Origin: Candidatus Glassbacteria bacterium
GTDB taxonomy: Bacteria; Gemmatimonadota; CAZMKB01
Direction: 5' to 3'
Assembly: GCA_046760905.1 (NCBI GenBank)
Contig: JBHIFB010000001.1
Span: forward strand, 38,064-102,063
DNA: 64,000 bases
Shown: positions 22,604 through 32,657 of the stretch, piece by piece
Position numbering within the stretch: position 1 is the first letter of the stretch
How the letters are laid out: each line of letters opens with the position of its first letter
Translations under genes and position numbers: made by a program
The notes under the pieces: generated by a model
The model's input: only the letters and a program-made list of their open reading frames with translations
What the model was told of the DNA's origin: nothing
Databases searched by the model: none

Positions 22604-23896
22604 TTATGTTTTCAGCTCTTTTTTCCTTGCCGCAGGGAATAGAATATTATTCAGGATCAACCGGTATCCCGGTGAATTCTTATGAACCTCAAGTCTTGTT
22701 GGAGGATCGCCTATCGCATGCTGCTTGTCCTCGGGATCATGGCCACCGAGATATGTGAAGGTTCCCCTGCCGGCGTTTCCATGCACATATTTCACCCACG
22801 GCTTACCCTCCTCGAATGCCATCACCGTGACGGCGGGGTTGAGGGTTTCCCTCGTGAAACTCGTTGTCAGGCCGTAGAAATCCTCTATATAGTTGACATG
22901 ATTCTGAGTGAGCATCGTCGGGACCGGATCGTATTTAGCCGAGAACTCGAAAAGCTTGAAGAAGCCCAGGGGCTTCCTCCCGGGTGTGTTGACGTGATGA
23001 CCGTCTATACTGGAGAAGGCATTGATCGATGCATCAGCCACGAGGGTGAAGTGACTGAATGCAAGGGTCTTTGAAAAATCAAGCTTTGATTGAGCATTCG
23101 GATCAATTGGCGTTCCGTCGACCTCCGCTGCTACAATGTCGACTCCCTGAGCGGCAAGGGCTATCTCGAAGGTCTCCGGAGCGGAGCACATCGCGAAGAG
23201 GAAGCCACCGTCGAGGACATACTGCTTTATCCTCACACTCACTGCCGCTTTCATATCTGCAACTGTGGCAAAGCCCAATTCGCTCGCCATGCGGGTGTTC
23301 ACCTCCACATCCTCCTTGAACCAGGCAGCCTGCCCGTAATGAATATAGAACCTGTTAAATTGCCCGGTGAAATCTTCGTGGTGAAGGTGAAGCCAGTCAT
23401 ATGAAGACAGTTTTCCCTGGAGGACTTCCCGGTCCCACACAGTCTCGTATGGAATATCTGCATAGGTGAGTGCCAGAGTAACTGCATCATCCCACGGCTC
23501 CCTGTTAGGCGGAGTGTAGATCGCTACAGAGGGTGCCTTCTCGAGGAGGATGATATCCATATTGTTCTCATCTATCACCCCGTTCATTTCCGCTTCAAAA
23601 GCGGTGGTCAACAGCTCGTAATATACGCCTCTGATCTTGGCCTCCTTCCTGAGAAGTTCCCTATCAAGAAGCAGAAATGACCCTCCCCTGTAGTTGAGGA
23701 GCCACTCCACATCCCAGCCCATCTCAAGGCTTTTATAAGCCAATCCATAGGCTTTGAGATGGTCCGTCTGGGTGAGGTCCATAGGTATGAGTATCTTCGC
23801 GCCTAGGCTAGCCGGCAGGAGCACAAGCATGGCTACAGTCGTTTTCACAAGGGGGGATTCGTAGATCCGGTTCTTCTTCCAACATCTCAATCCCAT
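22604..23896 (-). CDS. hypothetical secreted protein, last gene of a three-gene operon
   Basis: Signal peptide (MLVLLPASLGA). 430 aa with no recognised catalytic motif. Its start overlaps the stop of the TPR gene. Confidence 0.45.
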   Translation of the reverse strand: MGLRCWKKNRIYESPLVKTTVAMLVLLPASLGAKILIPMDLTQTDHLKAYGLAYKSLEMGWDVEWLLNYRGGSFLLLDRELLRKEAKIRGVYYELLTTAFEAEMNGVIDENNMDIILLEKAPSVAIYTPPNREPWDDAVTLALTYADIPYETVWDREVLQGKLSSYDWLHLHHEDFTGQFNRFYIHYGQAAWFKEDVEVNTRMASELGFATVADMKAAVSVRIKQYVLDGGFLFAMCSAPETFEIALAAQGVDIVAAEVDGTPIDPNAQSKLDFSKTLAFSHFTLVADASINAFSSIDGHHVNTPGRKPLGFFKLFEFSAKYDPVPTMLTQNHVNYIEDFYGLTTSFTRETLNPAVTVMAFEEGKPWVKYVHGNAGRGTFTYLGGHDPEDKQHAIGDPPTRLEVHKNSPGYRLILNNILFPAARKKELKT

Positions 23897-25710
23897 GGCC
23901 TATCCCCTATCTTCGCAAGAAGGTGCCTCGCTTCCTCGGTCTCGATCACTGCCCCGTATTCGAGTATCAACCTCTCGAACGTCTCCCTTGCAGCTTTCCA
24001 ATCACCGAGTAGTGAGTATTGCATCTTTCCCACCTCCATAAGTGCTCTTGCCGCCACATACTCTTGGTGTGCATGTTCGGACAGGTCTTCAAAGATGGCG
24101 AGGGCCTCGCTTTCATCACCCCAGCTTTTGAGTGAGGCCGCTAGAATCAGCATTATTTCGTCCTTGAGGATCTTATCCTTCGCCGATGCCACCGATTTGG
24201 CGTATGCATCCCTCGCTATGGTTTTCTCGGCGCGACGCTCGGCATACTTTGCCGTCCCGAGCAGTCTCAGAGCTTTGGCCTCCTCGCTTCCAAAGCGCTT
24301 ATCGAGCCTGAGTATTTCGAGGGCCTCGCTCGTTTCCTCGAAGGATGGGGCCGATTCTGCAAGATTCCTGTAGTATCGCATTGCATCTTCGAGGTTCCCT
24401 CTGTAGAAGTGTACGTTTCCAAGCTCGAAAATGATCTCCTCCCTTATCTTACCTTTTGCCTGGCTCTCCTCAAGAAGCAGTAGCTCCGTGACCGCACTCT
24501 CAAGGTCTCCGGCGGCGATCATCGCCCGAGACACTTTGAGGCTCAGCATTGCCGTGTGTTGGGGCGGTACGCCGATCTCGTCCAATTTCCTGTACCAGTT
24601 GAGAGCCTGGGAAGGCTCCTTTCGGAAGTATAGATACAGGTCACCGATTGATTCGTAACATTTTATTCTGTTTGCCTGCGACAGGTTCTCGGTAACCATG
24701 GATTCAAAAAGAAAAAGCGCCTCCTCACCACGACCCATCTCCTTCAGCTCGCTGGCGAGCTGGATCTTGACATCCGTCCTGGCGCTCGCTGAGAACCCTA
24801 TCGCCTCATCGAGTGCGCGCTCTGTGATTTCAAAAAGACCCTGCCTTACCGATAGACGTGCCAATCTTATAAGCTCTTTTAAACCCTCGTTGGGATCTCT
24901 CCCTTCACTACAGTTTGTAATTAGCGATAGTGCCCTCTCGTACTTACCACAGGCAATCTCGAGGTCGATTAGCAGTGGAAGAACCCAGCCACAAGGCTCC
25001 TTAGATTCGGCTTCCCTCACTAGCTTCAAAATCTGGCTGGTATCCCTGCTCGCCTTGCCGGCTTCCAGTAGCCGCCTCTGTACGTATGTGACGCTCTTCG
25101 GGTGCGTTTTCAAAAACTGCAGGAATTCCTCTGTCGATGAGGCATAATCGCCGGTTAAGAGGAGGAGTTCCGCCATCTCTCTCTGAAAGAGATCCTCCTT
25201 TTTCAAATTCCTTCTTCCCTGCCTCAACACACGGACCGCCTGCTCCCTGAGGCCGTTCGACCTGTACAGCGTGCTCAGGTTCCGGTACAGCTCAGTCATC
25301 TCAGGCCATCTTCTTAACGATTCTGTTCCAACCGCGAGACACTCCGCCACGTTTCCGGATTTATAGAGCGATTCTATGTACTGCTTGGCTACGAGCTGGT
25401 TTTCAGGATACTGTGAAAACCTTCCGCGGAGGATCTCCCTGTAGCGATCGAGCTGTCCGGCTCTCTTCGCTGTTCGAGAAAGGCCCCGCAGGGCCTGGGC
25501 AGCACAGGGATTCTCCTCCTCATACCTCATGTATAACTCGAAGGCACGCTCGTAATCCTTAGCTCTTTCATAATATAAGGCCCTATTGATGTCTGCCTGG
25601 GACTCACTCTCCTGCTCAAGGGAACCTGCGATAACAGAGGAGCTCGCGATAAGCAAGAGGACGATCCATCCAATGGAATCGCGATTCTGACGGCGAAAAT
25701 TCATTCCCAT
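23887..25710 (-). CDS. tetratricopeptide-repeat protein, secreted
   Basis: Signal peptide followed by many TPR-like helical repeats (AxxxYxxA patterns). Abuts the giant upstream gene (stop/start overlap). Confidence 0.7.
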   Translation of the reverse strand: MGMNFRRQNRDSIGWIVLLLIASSSVIAGSLEQESESQADINRALYYERAKDYERAFELYMRYEEENPCAAQALRGLSRTAKRAGQLDRYREILRGRFSQYPENQLVAKQYIESLYKSGNVAECLAVGTESLRRWPEMTELYRNLSTLYRSNGLREQAVRVLRQGRRNLKKEDLFQREMAELLLLTGDYASSTEEFLQFLKTHPKSVTYVQRRLLEAGKASRDTSQILKLVREAESKEPCGWVLPLLIDLEIACGKYERALSLITNCSEGRDPNEGLKELIRLARLSVRQGLFEITERALDEAIGFSASARTDVKIQLASELKEMGRGEEALFLFESMVTENLSQANRIKCYESIGDLYLYFRKEPSQALNWYRKLDEIGVPPQHTAMLSLKVSRAMIAAGDLESAVTELLLLEESQAKGKIREEIIFELGNVHFYRGNLEDAMRYYRNLAESAPSFEETSEALEILRLDKRFGSEEAKALRLLGTAKYAERRAEKTIARDAYAKSVASAKDKILKDEIMLILAASLKSWGDESEALAIFEDLSEHAHQEYVAARALMEVGKMQYSLLGDWKAARETFERLILEYGAVIETEEARHLLAKIGDRPWD

Positions 25711-28700
25711 TAGCGTACTCCGGCCTGCCTCTCTGTGATTTTTGTCGAGATCATCTCCCGGAGGTATTCGAAGACGAGATTCCGATATCTTTTTGGATAT
25801 GTACCCTTCCAGGATTCCATGAGTTCGATAAGAGATTTTCCAGCGGAGCCCTCCAGCGCATCCTTCTCCATACTACCTGGAGGATTGCCGACTATGAGAT
25901 CCCCCGGCTCCGCCCTTCTCTTTCTCGAATAATCCCTCTCCTGTATCGATTTCTGGGCATCGAGCAGCCTCGACAGAATCCTCTTCTGCCTATTGAGGAT
26001 ATCTGGGCTCACTTTATGAGACTCCATTTCCCGGGCGATCTCTTCTGTATCGCGAGAAAGCTCCCTCAGTTTTCCCAGGATGTTACGGCTGCCTGCTGTG
26101 GCATCACTGAGTCTTTCCAAGCCCTCGGAAATGGCCCTCTGCTGGGCTGCGAGTTGGACCAGTAGCGCCCTCTCCTTCTCGGTGAGTTTAATCAGGCCGG
26201 ATCCGGGTAAAGGCATGAGAAGATCCTGGGTGCCCTGGTTGAGCCCGGCCTGCATCTGGGCAAGCTGTGCCATCTCGCGGAAGGCCTCCTCCAGCCCGAT
26301 TCCGCTAGAAGAGCACTGGAGGGACTCTAAATCCTTTAAGAGACCAACGGCGGTCTGGTTTATATGAGAGAGACTCTCCCCTGCAAGCTTCGCCACTTCA
26401 CGGGGGGTACTCTCACCACGGTTCAGCATGACCGCCGCCTCATGACTCTTTGCAATTGACATCCCGAGGCTTATAATGACATCGGGACCGATGAAGAAGG
26501 AGTTCTGCGCTGCTTCATCAAGGTACTGGGCAATGAGCTGAAGCCCGGCCAGCAGTTCCTGCTGGGCTAGGATCTCCTTGCCCACATCAGGGCCGAACCG
26601 GTTCCCATGTTCTTCCACGTGCCGTATGATCAGTTCCTGCTTTCTTGAGAGTGTCACGAGATCAGACAGCGCCCTCGCGATAGCATCCTCCGTTTGCTCT
26701 TTCCATGTGCTCCTCAGCTTGTTCAGGAGTCCGGCAATCGATTTCTCAAGCGTCTTCAGCTTCTCGGTGGCCTGTTGACCGCTTTGGGTTGCAGAGCCCT
26801 TCAAGCCGCCCTGCATCGCCATCATCGCTTCACGCATGGTCTCTGTTGCTTCTCCTTCAGCCGATTCGACGATTTCATCCATTTCATGATCCGCCTCGGT
26901 TTCCCCGAGCGTTTCCATCTGCTCAGCGGCTTTTTCCATCTCATCAGCCAGGGCGCTCAGCTCGTCTGCGATCCGCTTCTGCCTATCGGCGAGCTGATTC
27001 ATCTCACCTCGATCGGCAAACTCCAGCTTTTCGACAACCTCGGCCTGCTTCTCCCCAAGCTTTTCGAGGCCCGTCCTGATTGCCTCGAGTCTCTGCTCGA
27101 GCTCAAGCCTTTTCAGGGCTGTCAGAGTTCTGTCAAGGTTGGCGGCAAGCTGTTCCTGGTTGAGCCTGAAATTTCTCATCGCCTGCTCGAGGAGCGATGG
27201 AGGAACGGACTCCATCGCCTCATGAATCCGGTCGATAGCGTCTCTCATCTCCGGTGTTGCTAATTTCTCAAGCAGATCCCTGACTTCCATCATTTTCTCG
27301 AGGACCTCGTTGGAGAAGAGCTCTTCATCCTCGCCACCGATAGAATTCTCTATCATGGTACAAACATCCTTTATCTCTTCAAGTAGCTCCTCTCCTCTCT
27401 CGGCTACATCTTCAATTTCTCTTTGCTTCTCCCAGTCTACATCTTCCGCCCCTCTCAACTTCTTCTCGAGCTCTCCTGAAAGCTCCGACAGCCTTCTCGC
27501 TTCAGCAAGAATCTCCTCGACACCGCTACTTATCTCTTTCTCTCCTTCCAACCGATGACGCAGATACTCTGCCATAGTGGGAAACTTCACAAGATATGTT
27601 TTGCTTCTTCCGGCCTTAGGTCCACTCACGGCATCGTTATCGACGGCCTCGACACAATAGTAGAACACATCTCCCGCTTGTGCTTGGAGCTCTGAAAGAT
27701 TCCAGAGAAAGCTTGCCTGAAAGATCTTCTCAGAGCCTTTTAGCCTCTCGATCGCAAGCCGCCGGATGCTGCCTTTTCCATTCTCTTCATTCCAGCATAC
27801 GAGGTCAGCACTCTTCAATCCATAATCATCTTCTGCCCTAACGACGAGGGGCAGCCTTAGATCCTTAGGCACCATGACATCCTGTCCAGGCACAAGGACT
27901 TGCACGGATGGGGCACGATCCTCCATCACGAGAATCTCCCTGGCGAGCGAATCACCGCCGGCATTTCCGGCGGAATCGATGAGCTTCAGCTTGAAGCGTT
28001 TCGTCTCTGTGGCTTCGAATGATGCTTTAAAGAATCTTCCTTCTTCAACCGTGGCAGGTATCACTCCCCGTTCGTCCTCAATCCAGGCACTGTCAAGCAT
28101 ATTGTTCGATGACCCCATGAGTTCCACTAATGTTCCCAGCAGTACACTCAGCCCGCCTCCCTGATCCTGCACCTCACTGTCGGCCAGGCCTGAATATTCG
28201 GGATGACGGAGCTTATACTTCAGCCAGGTGACAGACGGCAGGTCGATGACGTCTATGCTGTATTCGCTGCTTTTCCTCCGGTCGAGCTGTAGATAGTAGC
28301 TGCACTCCGAATGAAGGGGACTCAAAAGCGCGAAGTAATGGGCCTCTCCTTCCGGAGTCATAGGTAATGAATTCCACTTCCCGGTACCGACACGAAAGTG
28401 GATGATCGGAAAAGGCTTCCTGACCACAGGCACGAATATATTATCATCGACTGCGACCCTGATCAGAGGTGTTTCGCCCCTTAGAACAGAAGTGTCGCCA
28501 GGTGAGACCTCAAAATACCAGACATTCTCATCAGCCATGGATTGAACGGGATGGATGAACTCATGCAGCGCAAGATCACTTTCCCTCCCATACTTGTAGA
28601 ACAGGGTGTACCACAGCCCGCATGATGTGATGAAAACAAGCAGAAGAATGAAGACTGCCGTGCGCTTCCCCGAACCTGTGGCTCGATAAATCTCTTCACG

Positions 28701-29120
28701 AGGACGACCGGATAGCGCCTGCCACACCTTCTGCCCGGCCAGCCTCTTCAGGTGAATTGAGAAAGGTCTTTTCGGATTTCCCTCGATCTCCTGGAGGTCG
28801 AGTACCGGTAGAAGAGACCCTTCCAGAGCCTCGACGGAGCGATCCAATTCCCTCGCGAGGGTTTCCGGGAACACCTTCCCTGCCAGGGGGAGGATGATTT
28901 GATGGATCAGGATGGTTATCATGACGGATAAGACACCAATCAAAAGGACAAACCTAATGACAGCGTCGATTCCGAAGAGCACATGGCCAAGCAGGGACAG
29001 GAAAAGCATGGAAGATGAGGCTGTTATGAGAAGGAGTCCGCCGCGTATCAATCGTTCGGACTTTCTCTTCACCAGGAGTTGATTGAGCAGCCGTCTTATT
29101 TGAAACTGGAATTGGTCCAT
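25710..29120 (-). CDS. giant (1136 aa) membrane-anchored protein with a Glu-rich coiled-coil central region
   Basis: N-terminal transmembrane helices, a roughly 450-aa extracytoplasmic region, then a very long acidic coiled-coil segment and a C-terminal domain. Uninterrupted ORF. Confidence 0.6.
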   Translation of the reverse strand: MDQFQFQIRRLLNQLLVKRKSERLIRGGLLLITASSSMLFLSLLGHVLFGIDAVIRFVLLIGVLSVMITILIHQIILPLAGKVFPETLARELDRSVEALEGSLLPVLDLQEIEGNPKRPFSIHLKRLAGQKVWQALSGRPREEIYRATGSGKRTAVFILLLVFITSCGLWYTLFYKYGRESDLALHEFIHPVQSMADENVWYFEVSPGDTSVLRGETPLIRVAVDDNIFVPVVRKPFPIIHFRVGTGKWNSLPMTPEGEAHYFALLSPLHSECSYYLQLDRRKSSEYSIDVIDLPSVTWLKYKLRHPEYSGLADSEVQDQGGGLSVLLGTLVELMGSSNNMLDSAWIEDERGVIPATVEEGRFFKASFEATETKRFKLKLIDSAGNAGGDSLAREILVMEDRAPSVQVLVPGQDVMVPKDLRLPLVVRAEDDYGLKSADLVCWNEENGKGSIRRLAIERLKGSEKIFQASFLWNLSELQAQAGDVFYYCVEAVDNDAVSGPKAGRSKTYLVKFPTMAEYLRHRLEGEKEISSGVEEILAEARRLSELSGELEKKLRGAEDVDWEKQREIEDVAERGEELLEEIKDVCTMIENSIGGEDEELFSNEVLEKMMEVRDLLEKLATPEMRDAIDRIHEAMESVPPSLLEQAMRNFRLNQEQLAANLDRTLTALKRLELEQRLEAIRTGLEKLGEKQAEVVEKLEFADRGEMNQLADRQKRIADELSALADEMEKAAEQMETLGETEADHEMDEIVESAEGEATETMREAMMAMQGGLKGSATQSGQQATEKLKTLEKSIAGLLNKLRSTWKEQTEDAIARALSDLVTLSRKQELIIRHVEEHGNRFGPDVGKEILAQQELLAGLQLIAQYLDEAAQNSFFIGPDVIISLGMSIAKSHEAAVMLNRGESTPREVAKLAGESLSHINQTAVGLLKDLESLQCSSSGIGLEEAFREMAQLAQMQAGLNQGTQDLLMPLPGSGLIKLTEKERALLVQLAAQQRAISEGLERLSDATAGSRNILGKLRELSRDTEEIAREMESHKVSPDILNRQKRILSRLLDAQKSIQERDYSRKRRAEPGDLIVGNPPGSMEKDALEGSAGKSLIELMESWKGTYPKRYRNLVFEYLREMISTKITERQAGVR

Positions 29121-29126
29121 TTCTCC

Positions 29127-30011
29127 TCACCCACCCGAAGTGGATTCGCTGTCTTTACCCTCTCCTGCTGGACCCTTGAGAAACCGTTTCACAGTCTCGT
29201 AGGCACGGTTTCTCCTCAGCCCAGAACGCCCTACCAGCCAGGAGACTCCTTCCTTCAAGGTCGCCGGCGGTGGCTTATAAAGAGCTTCCAGCAGAAGATC
29301 GGCCTCCCAGGCATCTTCACCCTCCTGCCTCCGGGCCCCCTCGATGAGGAGGACGAACTCTCCGAGGAGCACCTTTCCCCTTTCAGAGATTACCCTTGCT
29401 AACTCCGATAGTTTCCCCCTCAGAACCTCCTCGTTCATTTTAGTCACTTCCCTCACGATGGCGCCACGCCTGTCACCCAGAACATCGATCATTTCTCTGA
29501 CTGCATCAGGAAGTATGCGGGGGGAAACGTACAAGATAAGAGTAGCCCTCACCCCTTTCACATCTGTTAGCAGCACCCTGCGCTGGCCCTTCTTCTTTGG
29601 GAGGAAGCCGACGAAGATGAACCGATCCGTTGGGAGTCCAGATACAACGAGAGATGCGAGAATGGCCGATGAACCTGGTATCGGAATCACCTCGATACCC
29701 TTATCAATTGCTGCTCGCACGAGAAAGAAACCGGGATCTGAGATGGCAGGAGTGCCGCGGTCTGAAACAAGCGCGCACTCTTCTCCCGAGTGGAGACGTT
29801 TTAATATCTGTGGTGTCCTCTTTTCCTTGTTGTGCTCATGGTAGCTTAGGCACCTTGTAGTTATTCCATAACGGGTGAGCAGTTTCCTGGTTTCCCTGGT
29901 GTCCTCACAGGCTATGAAATCGACTTCCGTCAGGACTTCGATGGCTCTCAGGGTGATGTCCTTAAGGTTTCCGATCGGTGTACTAACGACGTAGAGCTTA
30001 CCCATACGCAT
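29127..30011 (-). CDS. rsmI: 16S rRNA (cytidine1402-2'-O)-methyltransferase
   Basis: Tetrapyrrole-methylase fold; N-terminus LYVVSTPIGNLKDITLRAIEVL...FIACEDTR is typical of RsmI. Confidence 0.85.
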   Translation of the reverse strand: MRMGKLYVVSTPIGNLKDITLRAIEVLTEVDFIACEDTRETRKLLTRYGITTRCLSYHEHNKEKRTPQILKRLHSGEECALVSDRGTPAISDPGFFLVRAAIDKGIEVIPIPGSSAILASLVVSGLPTDRFIFVGFLPKKKGQRRVLLTDVKGVRATLILYVSPRILPDAVREMIDVLGDRRGAIVREVTKMNEEVLRGKLSELARVISERGKVLLGEFVLLIEGARRQEGEDAWEADLLLEALYKPPPATLKEGVSWLVGRSGLRRNRAYETVKRFLKGPAGEGKDSESTSGG

Positions 30012-30109
30012 AGCCCCTTACCAGTCACAGGAAAAACATCCTCAGTCAAACACTGATTCAAGGGCCGTTCACTTTTAAAACTTATATAAGGCTACTTGAT
30101 TCTCTAGCC

Positions 30110-30439
30110 TCACTCTCGATATACGACAGCAGTTCCGCTGGCACTGACCATTAGCATGTTCCCAGCCCCGCCTATCCCTATCGTTTCATAGTCCAGATCC
30201 ACCGCGACAACGGCATTGCCACCGAGTGCGCTCGCCTGTTCTGTCATCTCCTCGATCGCCACCTCCTTAGCCTTACGGAGCTCCTTCTCATAGGCTGCCG
30301 ACCTCCCCCCGACTATGTCACGGATCCCGGCGAAGAAATCCTTGAAGATGTTCGCCCCGAGTATGGCCTCTCCGCTCACAAGTCCCAGATACTTCTCTAT
30401 CTTTTTCCCCTCGATCGTAGGAGTGGTCAATATAAGCAT
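30110..30439 (-). CDS. YbjQ/UPF0145 family protein
   Basis: The whole ~110-aa protein matches the YbjQ-type fold ([22 protein letters not shown] ... [13 protein letters not shown]). Confidence 0.7.
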   Translation of the reverse strand: MLILTTPTIEGKKIEKYLGLVSGEAILGANIFKDFFAGIRDIVGGRSAAYEKELRKAKEVAIEEMTEQASALGGNAVVAVDLDYETIGIGGAGNMLMVSASGTAVVYRE

Positions 30440-30623
30440 CGTTTCCTCTCCTTTCATGCGAGTAGAGGATTCCTCTCCTACTTTAGAATATACAACAATC
30501 TGTCATCGATGAGAAGGGATAAGACCCACATCTTGTCACCTTTTATAATCGCAGTGCTCATTTCGTGAGCCGTTCTGATCGGGCGACTGACATCACGAGC
30601 GTGTGGGTATGTCAAACCTGATC

Positions 30624-31472
30624 CTACAGCGGATAAACGAAGATGTGGAGTGGATTTCCAAGCTCCGCCTTTTCGAAAACGGCGACGCCCTTCGAAACAG
30701 GGACCAGGCGTGGTTTTCCCCTCCCCACACATACGGCGCTGAGCGGATGGGAAACCTCCTTCCCATCGAAGTTCAGCTGCATGCACAAGGCGAAGTCCTC
30801 ATCGACATAAACCTGAGCACTCTGGATCGGGAAGCCGGGAATAGGTTCAAATTCAAAGAGCTCTTCCTCTTCCCTGTTTATCCCGACACGGGAAGTAATT
30901 TCGAGAAGCGGAAGGAAGAGCTTAACGGAAGCATTCAAAAAGAGACCGGGATCATATTTACCAATGAGGGCAATCCCGTTAGAGTTAGTGAGGAACTTCC
31001 CTTCGAGGTTGGTTACCTGTAGTGGGGTATATTGCATAGGGTACTGTTGCCCGATGCGGATGACGGCGAAGACATCCCCGGTATCACCGGAGAGCAGGAA
31101 AGAGCCCTTGATTTTTTCATCCGGCGACGATAGGGAAGAGAGTATCTGGAATGCATCCCCGGAATTTTCTGATGGGAGCTGTTTAAGCGAGTCAGGCTCC
31201 AGATTAACGATATACTCGGAGAAAAGCCTCGGAAAGGGTGCAGGCATGCCCGGCAGGACACCTTTTTTCTTCAGGTTTTTGCTCCCACGCAGATAGAAAG
31301 AGGCCAGAGCCTGATAAAGCTCATTACAGGTGAAACAGCATTCGAGATGTGAAAGGATCTCGGCCTCTTTCGATTCGGGCAGATTTTTCATCACGAACTT
31401 CTCGAGTTCGCTCTCGAGCGGGCATTCGCTTATTATCCTGTCCTTATCGTTTTTTCCACTTCCGTCTTTCAC
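30624..31472 (-). CDS. putative anti-sigma factor-like zinc-finger (zf-HC2) protein, cytoplasmic
   Basis: N-terminal CPLESELEKFV...HLECCFTCNELY matches the HxxxCxxC anti-sigma (ZAS) motif. No transmembrane segment, and no ECF sigma gene adjacent. Confidence 0.45.
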   Translation of the reverse strand: MKDGSGKNDKDRIISECPLESELEKFVMKNLPESKEAEILSHLECCFTCNELYQALASFYLRGSKNLKKKGVLPGMPAPFPRLFSEYIVNLEPDSLKQLPSENSGDAFQILSSLSSPDEKIKGSFLLSGDTGDVFAVIRIGQQYPMQYTPLQVTNLEGKFLTNSNGIALIGKYDPGLFLNASVKLFLPLLEITSRVGINREEEELFEFEPIPGFPIQSAQVYVDEDFALCMQLNFDGKEVSHPLSAVCVGRGKPRLVPVSKGVAVFEKAELGNPLHIFVYPL

Positions 31473-31565
31473 TTATAAAAAACTCCTCCCAACGGCCGGC
31501 TTCCCCTCCCCCTGTAGCTGCTCAGAATCAGACGGACATATCCCTGTAATGGTTGAACCCGCCGA

Positions 31566-31594
31566 TTGACAAACACGGGGGGAATCGTTAAAAT
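31566..31594 (+). promoter_or_regulatory. sigma70-like promoter TTGACA-N17-TAAAAT for rpsT
   Basis: Consensus -35 hexamer and good -10, about 45 nt upstream of the GTG start. Confidence 0.45.
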
Positions 31595-31641
31595 AGTTTA
31601 GTGGTTTTTATGAATATCCATGATAAAAGGAGGCAAATAAG

Positions 31642-31902
31642 GTGCCAAACATAAAATCAGCCTTGAAAAGAATGAAAACAAGCAGACAATCGAGGCTTGA
31701 GAACTCACAGAAGAGATCCAGGCTCAGGAATGCAATCAAGAAGGTGAGAAATGCCGAAACCCTTGAGGAAGCAAAAAAGAGCCTCACTCATGCTGTGTCG
31801 CTACTCGATAAATACTCAGGCGATGGAATCCTGCATTCGAGGACCGCTGCCAGGTACAAAAGCCGACTCATGAGACACATCAAAAATATGGAGGAGAGTT
31901 GA
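31642..31902 (+). CDS. rpsT: 30S ribosomal protein S20
   Basis: GTG start 8 nt downstream of AAGGAGG. N-terminus PNIKSALKRMK...SRLRNAIK is classic S20. Confidence 0.9.
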   Translation: MPNIKSALKRMKTSRQSRLENSQKRSRLRNAIKKVRNAETLEEAKKSLTHAVSLLDKYSGDGILHSRTAARYKSRLMRHIKNMEES

Positions 31903-31917
31903 GAGAGGATTATGAGT

Positions 31918-32565
31918 TCACTTCCCTCCCGAGCCCTTCTCGAAACTCCTGAGGATAGCGATCTCCTTCTTTCCAATATGAACTATCTCACCAAGTCTTT
32001 CAGCGAAGAACTGGACCCTTGCCGTATTTTCGAGATCCTCCATCCTCATATACGCATGCTCAACGTCGGTGCCGTGCGTGATGGCTCCATGGTTGGAGAG
32101 AACCAGTGCGTTCGCTTCCCTGACTTCTTCGAATACACGGTCTGCGAGATCCCTGGAACCGGGCATCATGAATGGTACGATGCCTACTTTTCCAACAGAG
32201 ACGACGAACTCGGGCAGGATATCGCAGGACGGCACGCGTCCCACCACAGAAAAGGCAGATATGTATGGAGCGTGAGCGTGGACGACGGATCGAGCATCCT
32301 CCCTGCTTCGATAGACAGCAAGATGGAAAGGCAGCTCGAGAGATGGCTCATGGCTTCCGTCCAATTTAACACCGTCTCTATCCACTTCCACGATATCGTT
32401 TGGTTCGAGGAAACCGATGCAGGAAGATGAGGGAGTGATGAGGATATTATCACGATCCGTGAGTGCGCTCACGTTACCGTTTCTGGATGGTGCGTACCCC
32501 CTCTCATACATAAGCCTGCAGAATTCCACTATTCGATTGCGGATATCGGAATCATCTCTCTTCAT
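31918..32565 (-). CDS. class II aldolase/adducin-family protein (fuculose-phosphate aldolase / MTRu-1-P dehydratase-like)
   Basis: YERGYAPSRNGNVSA...VVHAHAPY carries the metal-binding His motifs of class II aldolases. Confidence 0.8.
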   Translation of the reverse strand: MKRDDSDIRNRIVEFCRLMYERGYAPSRNGNVSALTDRDNILITPSSSCIGFLEPNDIVEVDRDGVKLDGSHEPSLELPFHLAVYRSREDARSVVHAHAPYISAFSVVGRVPSCDILPEFVVSVGKVGIVPFMMPGSRDLADRVFEEVREANALVLSNHGAITHGTDVEHAYMRMEDLENTARVQFFAERLGEIVHIGKKEIAILRSFEKGSGGK

Positions 32566-32657
32566 GACTCAGCCTCCACCATCTTGTATGTCAGATAATT
32601 GGAAGAATTTTAACGGAGAATTTAATTTATCAGCTTGCCGAAGAGGAGTCAATTGAC

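Noticed and set aside
26578-27558. Several plus-strand ORFs (26694..27263, 26705..27079, 27310..27558)
   Set aside because: They are low-complexity Ser/Leu/Pro-rich frames antisense to the Glu-rich coiled-coil region of the 1136-aa gene. They are artefacts of the GAA/GAG-rich coding strand.
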